Source: Parvularculaceae bacterium (GTDB taxonomy: Bacteria > Pseudomonadota > Alphaproteobacteria > Caulobacterales > Parvularculaceae). Taken from it: 7,504 bases of DNA. The notes below the pieces were generated by a model that was given only the letters and a program-made list of their open reading frames with translations, was not told where the DNA came from and ran no database searches. How positions within the stretch are numbered: the first letter of the stretch is position 1; every line of letters starts with the position of its first letter. The position numbers were made by a program, and so were the translations under genes. This document shows positions 1 through 6,250 of this stretch, piece by piece. Where the stretch lies: NCBI GenBank assembly GCA_026989615.1, contig JALSJA010000320.1, positions 1-7,504 of the forward strand. The letters are read 5' to 3'.

Positions 1-1
1 C

Positions 2-124
2 GATCTCGAAGGCGAAACCGGCATTAAGCGCCACCATATTGCCGAAGCCATTTCCTATCGGCGGCGCGAAGACAATAGCGAACAGATCGCCGTAAAAGCA
101 CAAAGCCCTCATTCTTCCCCCTAG
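2..124 (+). CDS. comM: C-terminal 40 codons of a ComM/YifB-family Mg-chelatase-like AAA+ protein (5' part lies left of the window)
   Basis: Frame 2 is open from the window edge and reads DLEGETGIKRHHIAEAISYRRREDNSEQIAVKAQSPHSSP*. The HIAEA(I/L)SYR block matches the conserved C-terminal helix of YifB/ComM proteins; this is recognition from memory, not a search. The ORF is too short for the ORF track. Stop TAG 122-124 lies inside the CTAG terminus of repeat copy 1. Confidence 0.6.
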   Translation, partial: DLEGETGIKRHHIAEAISYRRREDNSEQIAVKAQSPHSSP

Positions 125-225
125 AGCACTTCCCGAAAAGTGGGAACCGGTTTTCGGATAAGAAGTGCTCACAAACAAAGATTTAGAGCCCGGTTTTGAT
201 TCCATCAAAACCGAAAAGGCTCTAG
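121..225 (+). repeat. Modular two-hairpin intergenic repeat, copy 1 (short form, 105 nt)
   Basis: Inverted termini are CTAGAGC (121-127) and GCTCTAG (219-225). Hairpin A (124-170) is GAGCACTTC+CCGAAAA / loop GTGGGAACCGG / TTTTCGG + ATAA bulge + GAAGTGCTC. An A-rich spacer follows (171-184). Hairpin B (185-223) is AGAGCC-CGGTTTTGAT-TCC-ATCAAAACCG-AAAA-GGCTCT. This copy lacks the ~24-nt apical segment TCCTTCGACAGGCTCAGGATGAGG present in the other five copies. Confidence 0.9.
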
Positions 226-340
226 CCCCCCAATCCCTCTTTTCTTTAAAAAACAATCCTTCCCCGCAACCAATAATTAACCAGCTTCCCTAACCAAAAA
301 TCAAAACCCTCATGCCAATATGCAGACATTCTAGTTGTGT

Positions 341-2269
341 ATGGGGTTGTGGGTTGTGAGCCGAACAGATAGTCAAAATTTTTTACATGTCTTATCCGAG
401 GCAGCCATATTAACCGATGCGCGCGGACTCGTGCGCTATGTTAACCCTACCTATTGCCGCATCTTTCATGCGCCGGCCGAGGAATGGCAACAGCGTCAGG
501 CTTTTTTTGGCGAGGTTGAAACCGAACAAAGCGACAAATCGCATTTTACAAGCTTTGTGAAATCGCAACATGGCGATGGCGCAAAAACATATCTGGACTG
601 GCAAGCCTCATGGATGCCCGATGGCGGCGCTCTTTATCTCGGGCGCGATGTCACCGTCAATCGCAAACAGGACGAAGCCCTGCGCGAAATGGCCGCCACT
701 GCCGAAGAAGCCAGCCTGTCGAAAATGCGCTTCCTCGCCACCATGTCCCATGAAATGCGCACACCCTTGAACGGCATTCTCGGCATGACCGGCCTGTTGC
801 TCGATTCAGATCTTGATGCCAGCCAGCGCACCCATGCCGAAGCGGTCCATGATTCCGGCACCGCCCTTTTGGCCCTGATCAATGACATTCTCGACTATTC
901 CAAAATCGAAGCCGGCAAGCTTGATCTTGAAGAAACCGCTTTCGACCCGCAATCACTGGTGCAAAGCGTTTGCGAGCTGCTCTCTCCACGGGCGGTTCAC
1001 AAAGATCTGGAAATCACTTCCTATGTCGATCCGTCGGTCCCGGCGCGCCTGCTCGGTGATGAAGCGCGCCTGCGGCAAATCCTGCTGAACCTTGCGGGCA
1101 ATGGCGTCAAATTTACAGAAAGCGGCGGGGTTTCCGTCACCGTCTCCGCCGAGCCCGCCAAAACCGCCGGTCAGGTCCTTGCCAGATTTGAAGTCCGCGA
1201 TACCGGTATTGGCATTCCCGATGACGCCCAGCGCCGGATTTTTGAAGAATTTGCGCAAGCGGATTCCAGCCATGCCAGAAAATTTGAAGGCACCGGTCTT
1301 GGCCTGTCCATCGCCCAACATATTGTCGAAGCCATGGGCGGTGAAATCAAGGTTGAAAGTGTGGAAGGCGAAGGGTCCTGTTTTTCTTTCCGGGTTCCCT
1401 TGAACACCATGACTTCGCGCCATGATGATTCAACCCCGCGGGAAATCAACCAGACCGTTATCGCGCTGGTGGGTTCAAGCGTCTTGCGTGAATCCCTGGA
1501 GCGCCAATTAACCGCGGCCAATGTGCGCAAGGTTGAAATTACCGATAACGCAGAAACGGCCATGCGCTTTTTGAAGCGCCATAGCGGGGCTACTTTTTTA
1601 TGTGATCTTGCCTTTGCAGCCCAATTCGGAACCCGTCTCGCACCGCAGGCCGCCAATGCCATTGTCCTTTTGTCTCCGGTTGCCAGAGGCCGCCTCGAAG
1701 CATTTCGCCGGGCCGGTTTCCACGGCTATCTGATTAAACCTATCCGCCAATCAAGTCTGGTTGAGCGCATTACCAACCGCTCCATGCCCAATCGCAATGT
1801 CCAGCGCCTCGACAGCCTCACCAATAAACCGGCACCGGGTCCGCGCAAATTGCGCATCCTGCTGGCCGAAGACAATCAAATCAATGCGGTGCTGGCCACC
1901 GCTATTGTCAAGCGCGCCGGCCATCACATCGATGTGGCAGGCAATGGCAAGGAGGCTGTCGAGAATATCGCCAATGCCCCTTATGATGTTATCTTGATGG
2001 ATATGCACATGCCGGAAATGGATGGCCTTGATGCCACCCGCAAAATTCGCTCCATGGGCGGCGCCGCCAGCGAAACACCGATTATCGCACTGACCGCCAA
2101 TGCCATGCGCAGCGACCGCGAAAACTGCATGAATGCGGGGATGGATGATTTCATCACCAAACCCTTTGAACCGGGTGACCTTTTGGCGCTGATCCACCGC
2201 TGGGCTGACGGCCGTGAGGGGGCCGAGGCCAGTGAGGCGGTGGATCTCGCCCAAGAGGTCAATCGCTGA
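341..2269 (+). CDS. Soluble hybrid sensor histidine kinase: PAS-like / HisKA / HATPase_c / degenerate receiver / canonical receiver
   Basis: The long ORF is 335..2269 in the track. TTG335 directly follows an in-frame TAG, so I chose ATG341; there is no clear SD, so the start is uncertain by about 20 nt. Residue numbering below follows the track ORF. Motifs read directly: PAS-like N-terminus (aa ~12-110, NFLHVLSEAAILTDARGLVRYVNPTYCRIF); H-box MSHEMRTPLNGILG (His139, nt 749-751); N-box LLNLAGNGVKFT; G1 DTGIGI; F-box FEEFAQAD; G2 GTGLGLSI. A second receiver-like fold spans aa ~374-478 and a canonical receiver spans aa ~506-622 (AEDN, LMD556MHMP at nt 2000-2002, ALTA, ITKP). There is no hydrophobic TM segment and no HPt domain. 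Confidence 0.95.
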   Translation: MGLWVVSRTDSQNFLHVLSEAAILTDARGLVRYVNPTYCRIFHAPAEEWQQRQAFFGEVETEQSDKSHFTSFVKSQHGDGAKTYLDWQASWMPDGGALYLGRDVTVNRKQDEALREMAATAEEASLSKMRFLATMSHEMRTPLNGILGMTGLLLDSDLDASQRTHAEAVHDSGTALLALINDILDYSKIEAGKLDLEETAFDPQSLVQSVCELLSPRAVHKDLEITSYVDPSVPARLLGDEARLRQILLNLAGNGVKFTESGGVSVTVSAEPAKTAGQVLARFEVRDTGIGIPDDAQRRIFEEFAQADSSHARKFEGTGLGLSIAQHIVEAMGGEIKVESVEGEGSCFSFRVPLNTMTSRHDDSTPREINQTVIALVGSSVLRESLERQLTAANVRKVEITDNAETAMRFLKRHSGATFLCDLAFAAQFGTRLAPQAANAIVLLSPVARGRLEAFRRAGFHGYLIKPIRQSSLVERITNRSMPNRNVQRLDSLTNKPAPGPRKLRILLAEDNQINAVLATAIVKRAGHHIDVAGNGKEAVENIANAPYDVILMDMHMPEMDGLDATRKIRSMGGAASETPIIALTANAMRSDRENCMNAGMDDFITKPFEPGDLLALIHRWADGREGAEASEAVDLAQEVNR

Positions 2270-2280
2270 CCTCCCAAAAT

Positions 2281-2409
2281 CTAGAACAGTTCTGCGAAAA
2301 GTGGACCCTTCGACAAGCCCAGGATGAGGCCGGTTTTCGGATAAGAAGTGCTCAAAAACAAAAACTCAAAGCCCGGTTTTGATTGGCATCAAACGAAAAT
2401 AGGCTCTAA
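2281..2409 (+). repeat. Modular two-hairpin intergenic repeat, copy 2 (long form, most diverged)
   Basis: The sequence CTAGAACAGTTCTGCGAAAAGTGGACCCTTCGACAAGCCCAGGATGAGGCCGGTTTTCGGATAAGAAGTGCTC-AAAAACAAAAACTC-AAAGCCCGGTTTTGATTGGCATCAAACGAAAATAGGCTCTAA aligns along its full length to copies 3, 5 and 6. The left arm of hairpin A carries 2 mismatches (GAACAGTTCT versus GAGCACTTCT). The copy starts 11 nt after the kinase stop codon. Confidence 0.85.
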
Positions 2410-2462
2410 AATTTTTGCGGCCTTTCATCTGCCACAAATTACCCTAGGGTATCTGTCAGCCC

Positions 2463-2485
2463 CGCCCCAATGGGGCGCGATTTTT
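2463..2485 (+). terminator. Candidate intrinsic terminator or leader-attenuator hairpin between the kinase gene and ampG
   Basis: CGCCCC (2463-2468), loop AAT, GGGGCG (2472-2477) form a perfect 6-bp GC stem. It is followed by CGA and TTTTT (2481-2485). The stem is short with a 3-nt loop, and it lies only 9 nt upstream of the ampG SD (GGAG 2494-2497), so its role is uncertain. Confidence 0.35.
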
Positions 2486-2504
2486 CGCGTGACGGAGAAA
2501 ATTG

Positions 2505-4205
2505 ATGACAGCCCCCAGCCCAACCGGTAAAGCCGCACCAACACAACCCCGCAAGGCCTTGCTGCCAAAAATCGTCGCCATGTTTCTGCTCGGTTTTGCT
2601 TCGGGGCTTCCTTATGCAGCCCTTATCGGCACACTCAATGCCTGGCTTGCCGCCGCTGGCATCAAAACCGCGACCATTGGCGTTTTAAGCTGGATTGGCC
2701 TTGCCTATGCTTTTAAGTTTTTATGGTCGCCCTTATTTGGGGTGTTCATGCCGCCCATGTTCAAACCCGGCGGCAAGATTGGCCGTTGGCGCGCCTGGAT
2801 ATTGGCTGCGCAAGGCGTCATTGTCGGCGCGCTTTTCCTTATCACCCGCACCGACCCGGCCAATTCTATCGGCTGGCTCGCTTTGATGGCGTTTATCGCC
2901 TCGCTGGCCTCGGCCTCGCAAGATGTGGTTATTGATGCCTGGCGCATAAAAATCGCCGAAACCTCCCAAGAGCTGGACCGGCTTTCAACCATGTATCAAT
3001 TTGGCTACCGGGTCTCGGCCTTTTTTGCCGGCTTTGCGGCCCTGCTTGTGGCCGGGCGTGTCGGCTGGGAGATTACCTATACAGCCATCAGTATACTGAT
3101 GTTTGTCTCTTTCCTTTCCACCTTCCTCATGCCCGACGCACCGGAAAGCGATACCGGCCGGGTTGGCCGCATATTGCGCCTTGGCTCGCATCTGTCGGCA
3201 GAGCGTAGAAACCGGCTCTTCTATCCTGTCATGATTGCCTGGGCCCTTGCCGGCACCGCCATCATTACCTTCATGGTCGCTTATTTGGGCATGGAAAACC
3301 CGCCCTCCATCCGCACCTTCACAACTTTTGGCGGCCCGCTCATTATCATCGCCACTGTTATTTTCCCGGCGGTGGTTGCCGCCATGGTCTTGCGCGACAA
3401 AACCCTGCTGGAGCAAAAATCCTCCGGCATTCCTGTTCAAACATGGAGCGACCATCTCTATATCGCCATTTTGGAACCCATGATCGACCTTGTGGGTCGC
3501 TTGCGCTGGGCTGCTTTGCTGGTGCTCATCATTGTTTTGTTTTACCGCTATACCGATGCGGTTTGGGGCTCTTTTGCCTATCCCTTTTATATGGGACTCG
3601 ACACTTCCATTGGCGCGCAGGGCTTTACCTATGACGAGGTCGCTGTTGCCTCAAAACTGTTCGGGGTCGGCATGACGATTGTCGGCATTGCCTCTGCCGG
3701 TTTTTTCATGGCCGCCTTTGGGCGCATGCCCTGCATGCTGGCCGGGGCCATTCTCGCCGCCCTGACCAATCTTTTATTTGCCGACCTTGCCAATGGCGGC
3801 GCCACCATGGATGCCATCACCCATGCCATAGGCTTTCCCTATCTTTACGAACCGCTCAATGTTTTCATCAACTGGACCGGCCTTGACGCCACCATGAATG
3901 ACCGCCTCGCCCGATTGATGCTGGCCATTGCCGGGGAAAATCTGGTTGGCGGCTTTGCCGGGGTAATCTTCGTCGCCTTTCTGTCCTCGATAGTGAACAA
4001 GGAATATGCCGCCGTGCAATATGCCCTCTTGCTGTCCATGACCATGCTGATTGGCAATCTCGGCAAACCATTTCTCGGCGAACTCATCGACCAGCGTGGC
4101 TTTGCCTGGGTCTTCGTTCTGACCGCTCTATTGGGCCTAATCGCGGTTTTTGCCTCCATCGCCGAATGGATCCGCGAAGCCAAAAACAAAAAAACCAGCG
4201 CCTAG
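2505..4205 (+). CDS. ampG: AmpG-family (PAT family) MFS permease, probable anhydromuropeptide importer
   Basis: The track ORF is 2502..4205. I prefer ATG2505 because GGAG (2494-2497) sits 7 nt upstream. AmpG signature blocks are read directly: LLGFASGLPYA, AYAFKFLWSPLFG, SASQDVVIDAW, FGYR. The second half also aligns by eye to E. coli AmpG as I remember it: LFYRYTDA, ENLVGGFAGVIFVAFLSS, QYALLLS. The protein has many hydrophobic spans. Stop TAG 4203-4205 lies within the CTAG start of repeat copy 3. Confidence 0.9.
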   Translation: MTAPSPTGKAAPTQPRKALLPKIVAMFLLGFASGLPYAALIGTLNAWLAAAGIKTATIGVLSWIGLAYAFKFLWSPLFGVFMPPMFKPGGKIGRWRAWILAAQGVIVGALFLITRTDPANSIGWLALMAFIASLASASQDVVIDAWRIKIAETSQELDRLSTMYQFGYRVSAFFAGFAALLVAGRVGWEITYTAISILMFVSFLSTFLMPDAPESDTGRVGRILRLGSHLSAERRNRLFYPVMIAWALAGTAIITFMVAYLGMENPPSIRTFTTFGGPLIIIATVIFPAVVAAMVLRDKTLLEQKSSGIPVQTWSDHLYIAILEPMIDLVGRLRWAALLVLIIVLFYRYTDAVWGSFAYPFYMGLDTSIGAQGFTYDEVAVASKLFGVGMTIVGIASAGFFMAAFGRMPCMLAGAILAALTNLLFADLANGGATMDAITHAIGFPYLYEPLNVFINWTGLDATMNDRLARLMLAIAGENLVGGFAGVIFVAFLSSIVNKEYAAVQYALLLSMTMLIGNLGKPFLGELIDQRGFAWVFVLTALLGLIAVFASIAEWIREAKNKKTSA

Positions 4206-4330
4206 CGCGTTTCCAGGATAAGCGGCTCCTTCGACAGGCTCAGGATGAGGCCGGTTTTCGGATAAGAAGTGCTCAAAAACAAAGACTTAGAGCCCGGTTT
4301 TGATCGGCATCAAAACCGAAAAGGCTCTAA
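4202..4330 (+). repeat. Modular two-hairpin intergenic repeat, copy 3 (long form with a chimeric left arm)
   Basis: The sequence is CTAGCGCGTTTCCAGGATAAGCGGCTCCTTCGACAGGCTCAGGATGAGGCCGGTTTTCGGATAAGAAGTGCTC-AAAAACAAAGACT-TAGAGCCCGGTTTTGATCGGCATCAAAACCGAAAAGGCTCTAA. From CCTTCGACAGG onward it is near-identical to copies 4-6. The left arm is the GCGTTTCCAGGATAAG type otherwise seen only in the extra hairpin of copy 4. This copy is the entire spacer between the convergent ampG and lipoprotein genes. Confidence 0.9.
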
Positions 4331-4331
4331 A

Positions 4332-4742
4332 TCACCCCTGCGTCTGCAAACATTGATCGAGGTCGGGCACCGGATCGCCTTGGCGCGATGGGCCGAGCCT
4401 GATGGTCGCGACGATCTCTTCGCCTTCTTGATAGCGGGTCACCGCCCAGATACGGCAATCGCCCATATCAAAACGCAAGAAATTTCCGCCCCCCTCCCCA
4501 TTGCCGCCTTCAGAGCGGGTCAGCGCCGGAAGCCCGAGCAGACCCTCAAGGCGCTGGCGTGATTGTCCGCGATAATCCTCAAGCCGGATGGTCGGCGCTT
4601 CCAGAACCGGGCCAGCCCTCCCGACCGCCGGAACGGCCTGCCCATCCCCGTTTTTCGCGGGCAGGTCCTGAACACTGGCACAAGCCCCCAGCCCCACACC
4701 GATAATCATCAATAATTGCGTGCTCTTTGCCCGACCTGCCAT
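4332..4742 (-). CDS. Small lipoprotein of unknown function (136 aa)
   Basis: ATG is at 4740-4742 (minus), preceded by GAGGA (complement of 4750-4754) with a 7-nt spacer. The N-terminus MAGRAKSTQLLMIIGVGLGAC has a basic n-region, a hydrophobic core and the lipobox L-G-A-C (Cys21). Codon style matches the neighbouring genes. I recognised no domain. Stop TGA (4332-4334) lies 1 nt from the end of repeat copy 3. Confidence 0.75.
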   Translation of the reverse strand: MAGRAKSTQLLMIIGVGLGACASVQDLPAKNGDGQAVPAVGRAGPVLEAPTIRLEDYRGQSRQRLEGLLGLPALTRSEGGNGEGGGNFLRFDMGDCRIWAVTRYQEGEEIVATIRLGPSRQGDPVPDLDQCLQTQG

Positions 4743-4869
4743 CGCTTTATCCTCGTTTGCCCAAACCGAAACGCTTGTATCTTGTGCCTAAACCGCATAG
4801 TAGAGTTTGGCTTTGGCAGGGCCAACCAAATTCATCCTGCTGCCTCTATTATTTTTTCAAGGAGCCTCC

Positions 4870-5880
4870 ATGTCCGCGACCCCTGCGAAATATGATGTTA
4901 CCGGTATCGGTAACGCCATTGTTGATGTTCTTGCCAATACCGATCAGGACTTCCCCGACACCCATAACATCCCCCGGGGCGGCATGCGCCTTATCGATCA
5001 AGACGATGCCCGCACTATTTTAGAGGCGATGAAGCAGACAACCATGATATCCGGCGGCTCGGCTGCCAATTCCATCGCCGCCCTTGCTTCCCTTGAAGGG
5101 CGCGGCGGCTTTATCGGCAAGGTGGCCGGCGACGCCCTTGGCGATGTGTTCCGCAATTCCCTGCAGGAAATGGGCGTTCACTTCCCCACAAACCCCTTGC
5201 GCGATGGCACCGAAACGGGCCGCTGCCTCGTTGCGGTCACCCCCGATGCCGAGCGCTCCATGGCTACTTTTATCGGTGCCGCCGAACATGTCAGCGTCAG
5301 CGATGTGGATAGCGATCTTATCGCCGATAGCGCGGTCACCTATTTTGAAGGCTATCTTTTCGAACAGGAAAAACCCCGGGCCGCTTTTGTAAAGGCCTGC
5401 GAAATTGCCAAACAGGCCGGCCGCAAAACCGCCATCACCCTGTCCGATCGCGATCTGGCCGTGCGCCAGCGCAGCCATCTGCTCGCCTTTATCAGCGCCC
5501 ACACAGATATTGTTTTTGCCAATGAGGGTGAAGCCATGGCACTGATGAACACGGAAAATTTTGACGATGCCCTGCGCGATATTGGCGCGCTTGCCCCTTA
5601 TGTCATTGTCACCCGTTCCGGGGACGGCTCCTTGATTATTGACCCGGAAATGTCCGTACACGAAGTCGCTGCCATCGCACCGGAAATACTCGCCGATACA
5701 ACCGGTGCCGGGGACGCTTATGCGGGCGGGTTTTTGTTTGGCCTGTCGCGGGATATGGCCCCGGAACAATGCGCCATCATTGGCGGCATTTGCGCGGCGG
5801 AAGTTATTTCCCATATCGGCCCGAGACCGGAGCAAAGCCTCAAACAATTGGTCGCGGCCGCCGGTCTCATCGAAGCTTAG
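4870..5880 (+). CDS. PfkB-family carbohydrate/nucleoside kinase, adenosine-kinase-like (336 aa)
   Basis: The track ORF begins at 4807, but AAGGAG (4859-4864) lies 5 nt before ATG4870. Motifs read directly: N-terminal GIGNAIVDV, the SGGSAANS GG motif, NEGEA, and the C-terminal PfkB signature DTTGAGDAYAGGF (nt 5695-5733). Size and layout match bacterial adenosine-kinase-like PfkB proteins. Substrate cannot be fixed from sequence alone. Confidence 0.92.
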   Translation: MSATPAKYDVTGIGNAIVDVLANTDQDFPDTHNIPRGGMRLIDQDDARTILEAMKQTTMISGGSAANSIAALASLEGRGGFIGKVAGDALGDVFRNSLQEMGVHFPTNPLRDGTETGRCLVAVTPDAERSMATFIGAAEHVSVSDVDSDLIADSAVTYFEGYLFEQEKPRAAFVKACEIAKQAGRKTAITLSDRDLAVRQRSHLLAFISAHTDIVFANEGEAMALMNTENFDDALRDIGALAPYVIVTRSGDGSLIIDPEMSVHEVAAIAPEILADTTGAGDAYAGGFLFGLSRDMAPEQCAIIGGICAAEVISHIGPRPEQSLKQLVAAAGLIEA

Positions 5881-6232
5881 GCGGCAAATTCACCGCCGCC
5901 ATATCGACAGGATTGCCATTCCGGGCCCGCAAAGGGTTATCCGCTTCACCGGCCATGCGTTGCAAGGCGATGAGTTCGGCCGCAAGCCGGTCAAGAGAAA
6001 CACCGCTCATCGACAGCAAATCCAGCAGCCTATAAAGCAATTGCGCCCCGTCACGGGCGCATGCCCCGTCTTTTGCCGCCCCTTGGGCAACCAAAACCGA
6101 AAACCCGGCTGCCGCACTGGCAAAATCCGTCGCCGCATTAGGCGAGACATTTTTATCGCCATCAGATTGTTCAAACAAATTCTGGCAAAGGCTATTTAGC
6201 GCTTCCGACAAATCATCTTCATACCGAACCAT
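5867..6232 (-). CDS. Acidic hypothetical protein (121 aa; 123 aa if the first ATG is used)
   Basis: The track ORF is 5867..6238. GGTGAGGA (complement of 6239-6246) abuts the first ATG (6236-6238) with zero spacer. It is 6 nt from the second ATG (6230-6232), so I prefer the second. Codon usage (GAT, GAA, TTT, AAT, GCC/GCG, CTT/TTG) matches the confident genes. I recognised no domain. The 3' end overlaps the pfkB-family gene by 14 nt, convergently. Confidence 0.6.
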   Translation of the reverse strand: MVRYEDDLSEALNSLCQNLFEQSDGDKNVSPNAATDFASAAAGFSVLVAQGAAKDGACARDGAQLLYRLLDLLSMSGVSLDRLAAELIALQRMAGEADNPLRARNGNPVDMAAVNLPPKLR

Positions 6233-6250
6233 AATCATTCCTCACCTTGG

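Noticed and set aside
331-334. The CTAG at 331-334 and the one at 2444-2447 might be empty target sites or excision footprints of the element.
   Set aside because: This cannot be supported from one window. No adjacent element-derived sequence is visible at either site.
953-2277. Antisense ORFs within the kinase gene: 953..1423, 1171..1662, 1751..2254 and 1981..2277.
   Set aside because: These are shadow ORFs opposite a gene with unambiguous domain motifs. Their composition is Arg/Ala/Gly-rich and they have no SD.
2348-2530. The 60-aa ORF MLKNKNSKPGFDWHQTKIGSK... and its look-alike at 4269..4562 (MLKNKDLEPGFDRHQNRKGSK...) suggest a conserved small protein encoded by the repeats.
   Set aside because: The similarity is nucleotide-level repeat identity. 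Indels between copies shift the frame (GATTGGCATCAAACG versus GATCGGCATCAAAACCG). There is no SD, other copies do not keep the frame open, and the 4269 ORF runs antisense into the well-supported lipoprotein gene.
2705-4189. Antisense and alternate-frame ORFs within ampG, for example 2985..3455(-) and 3845..4189(-).
   Set aside because: These are shadow ORFs opposite a clear AmpG-family reading frame.
4743-4869. Sigma-70-like promoters in the divergent lipoprotein/pfkB region (for example TTGTAT-N17-TAGTAG) and upstream of the small secreted-protein gene (TTGGCA-N17-CGGTAT).
   Set aside because: The hexamer matches are weak and several alternatives score equally by eye, so they are not reported as features.
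6088-6106. A 12-nt match to the repeat core (CAAAACCGAAAA, or GGGTTTTCGGTTTTGG on the other strand) inside CDS 5867..6232, a possible element relic within a gene.
   Set aside because: The motif is short and low-complexity with no flanking similarity to the element. It is most simply a chance match.
5020-6199. The 275-aa ORF 5020..5847(-) antisense to the PfkB-family gene, and the 186-aa Arg-rich ORF 5639..6199(+).
   Set aside because: The PfkB frame has diagnostic motifs. The + ORF overlaps both the pfkB 3' end and the better-supported minus-strand ORF, is extremely Arg/Pro-rich and has no SD.
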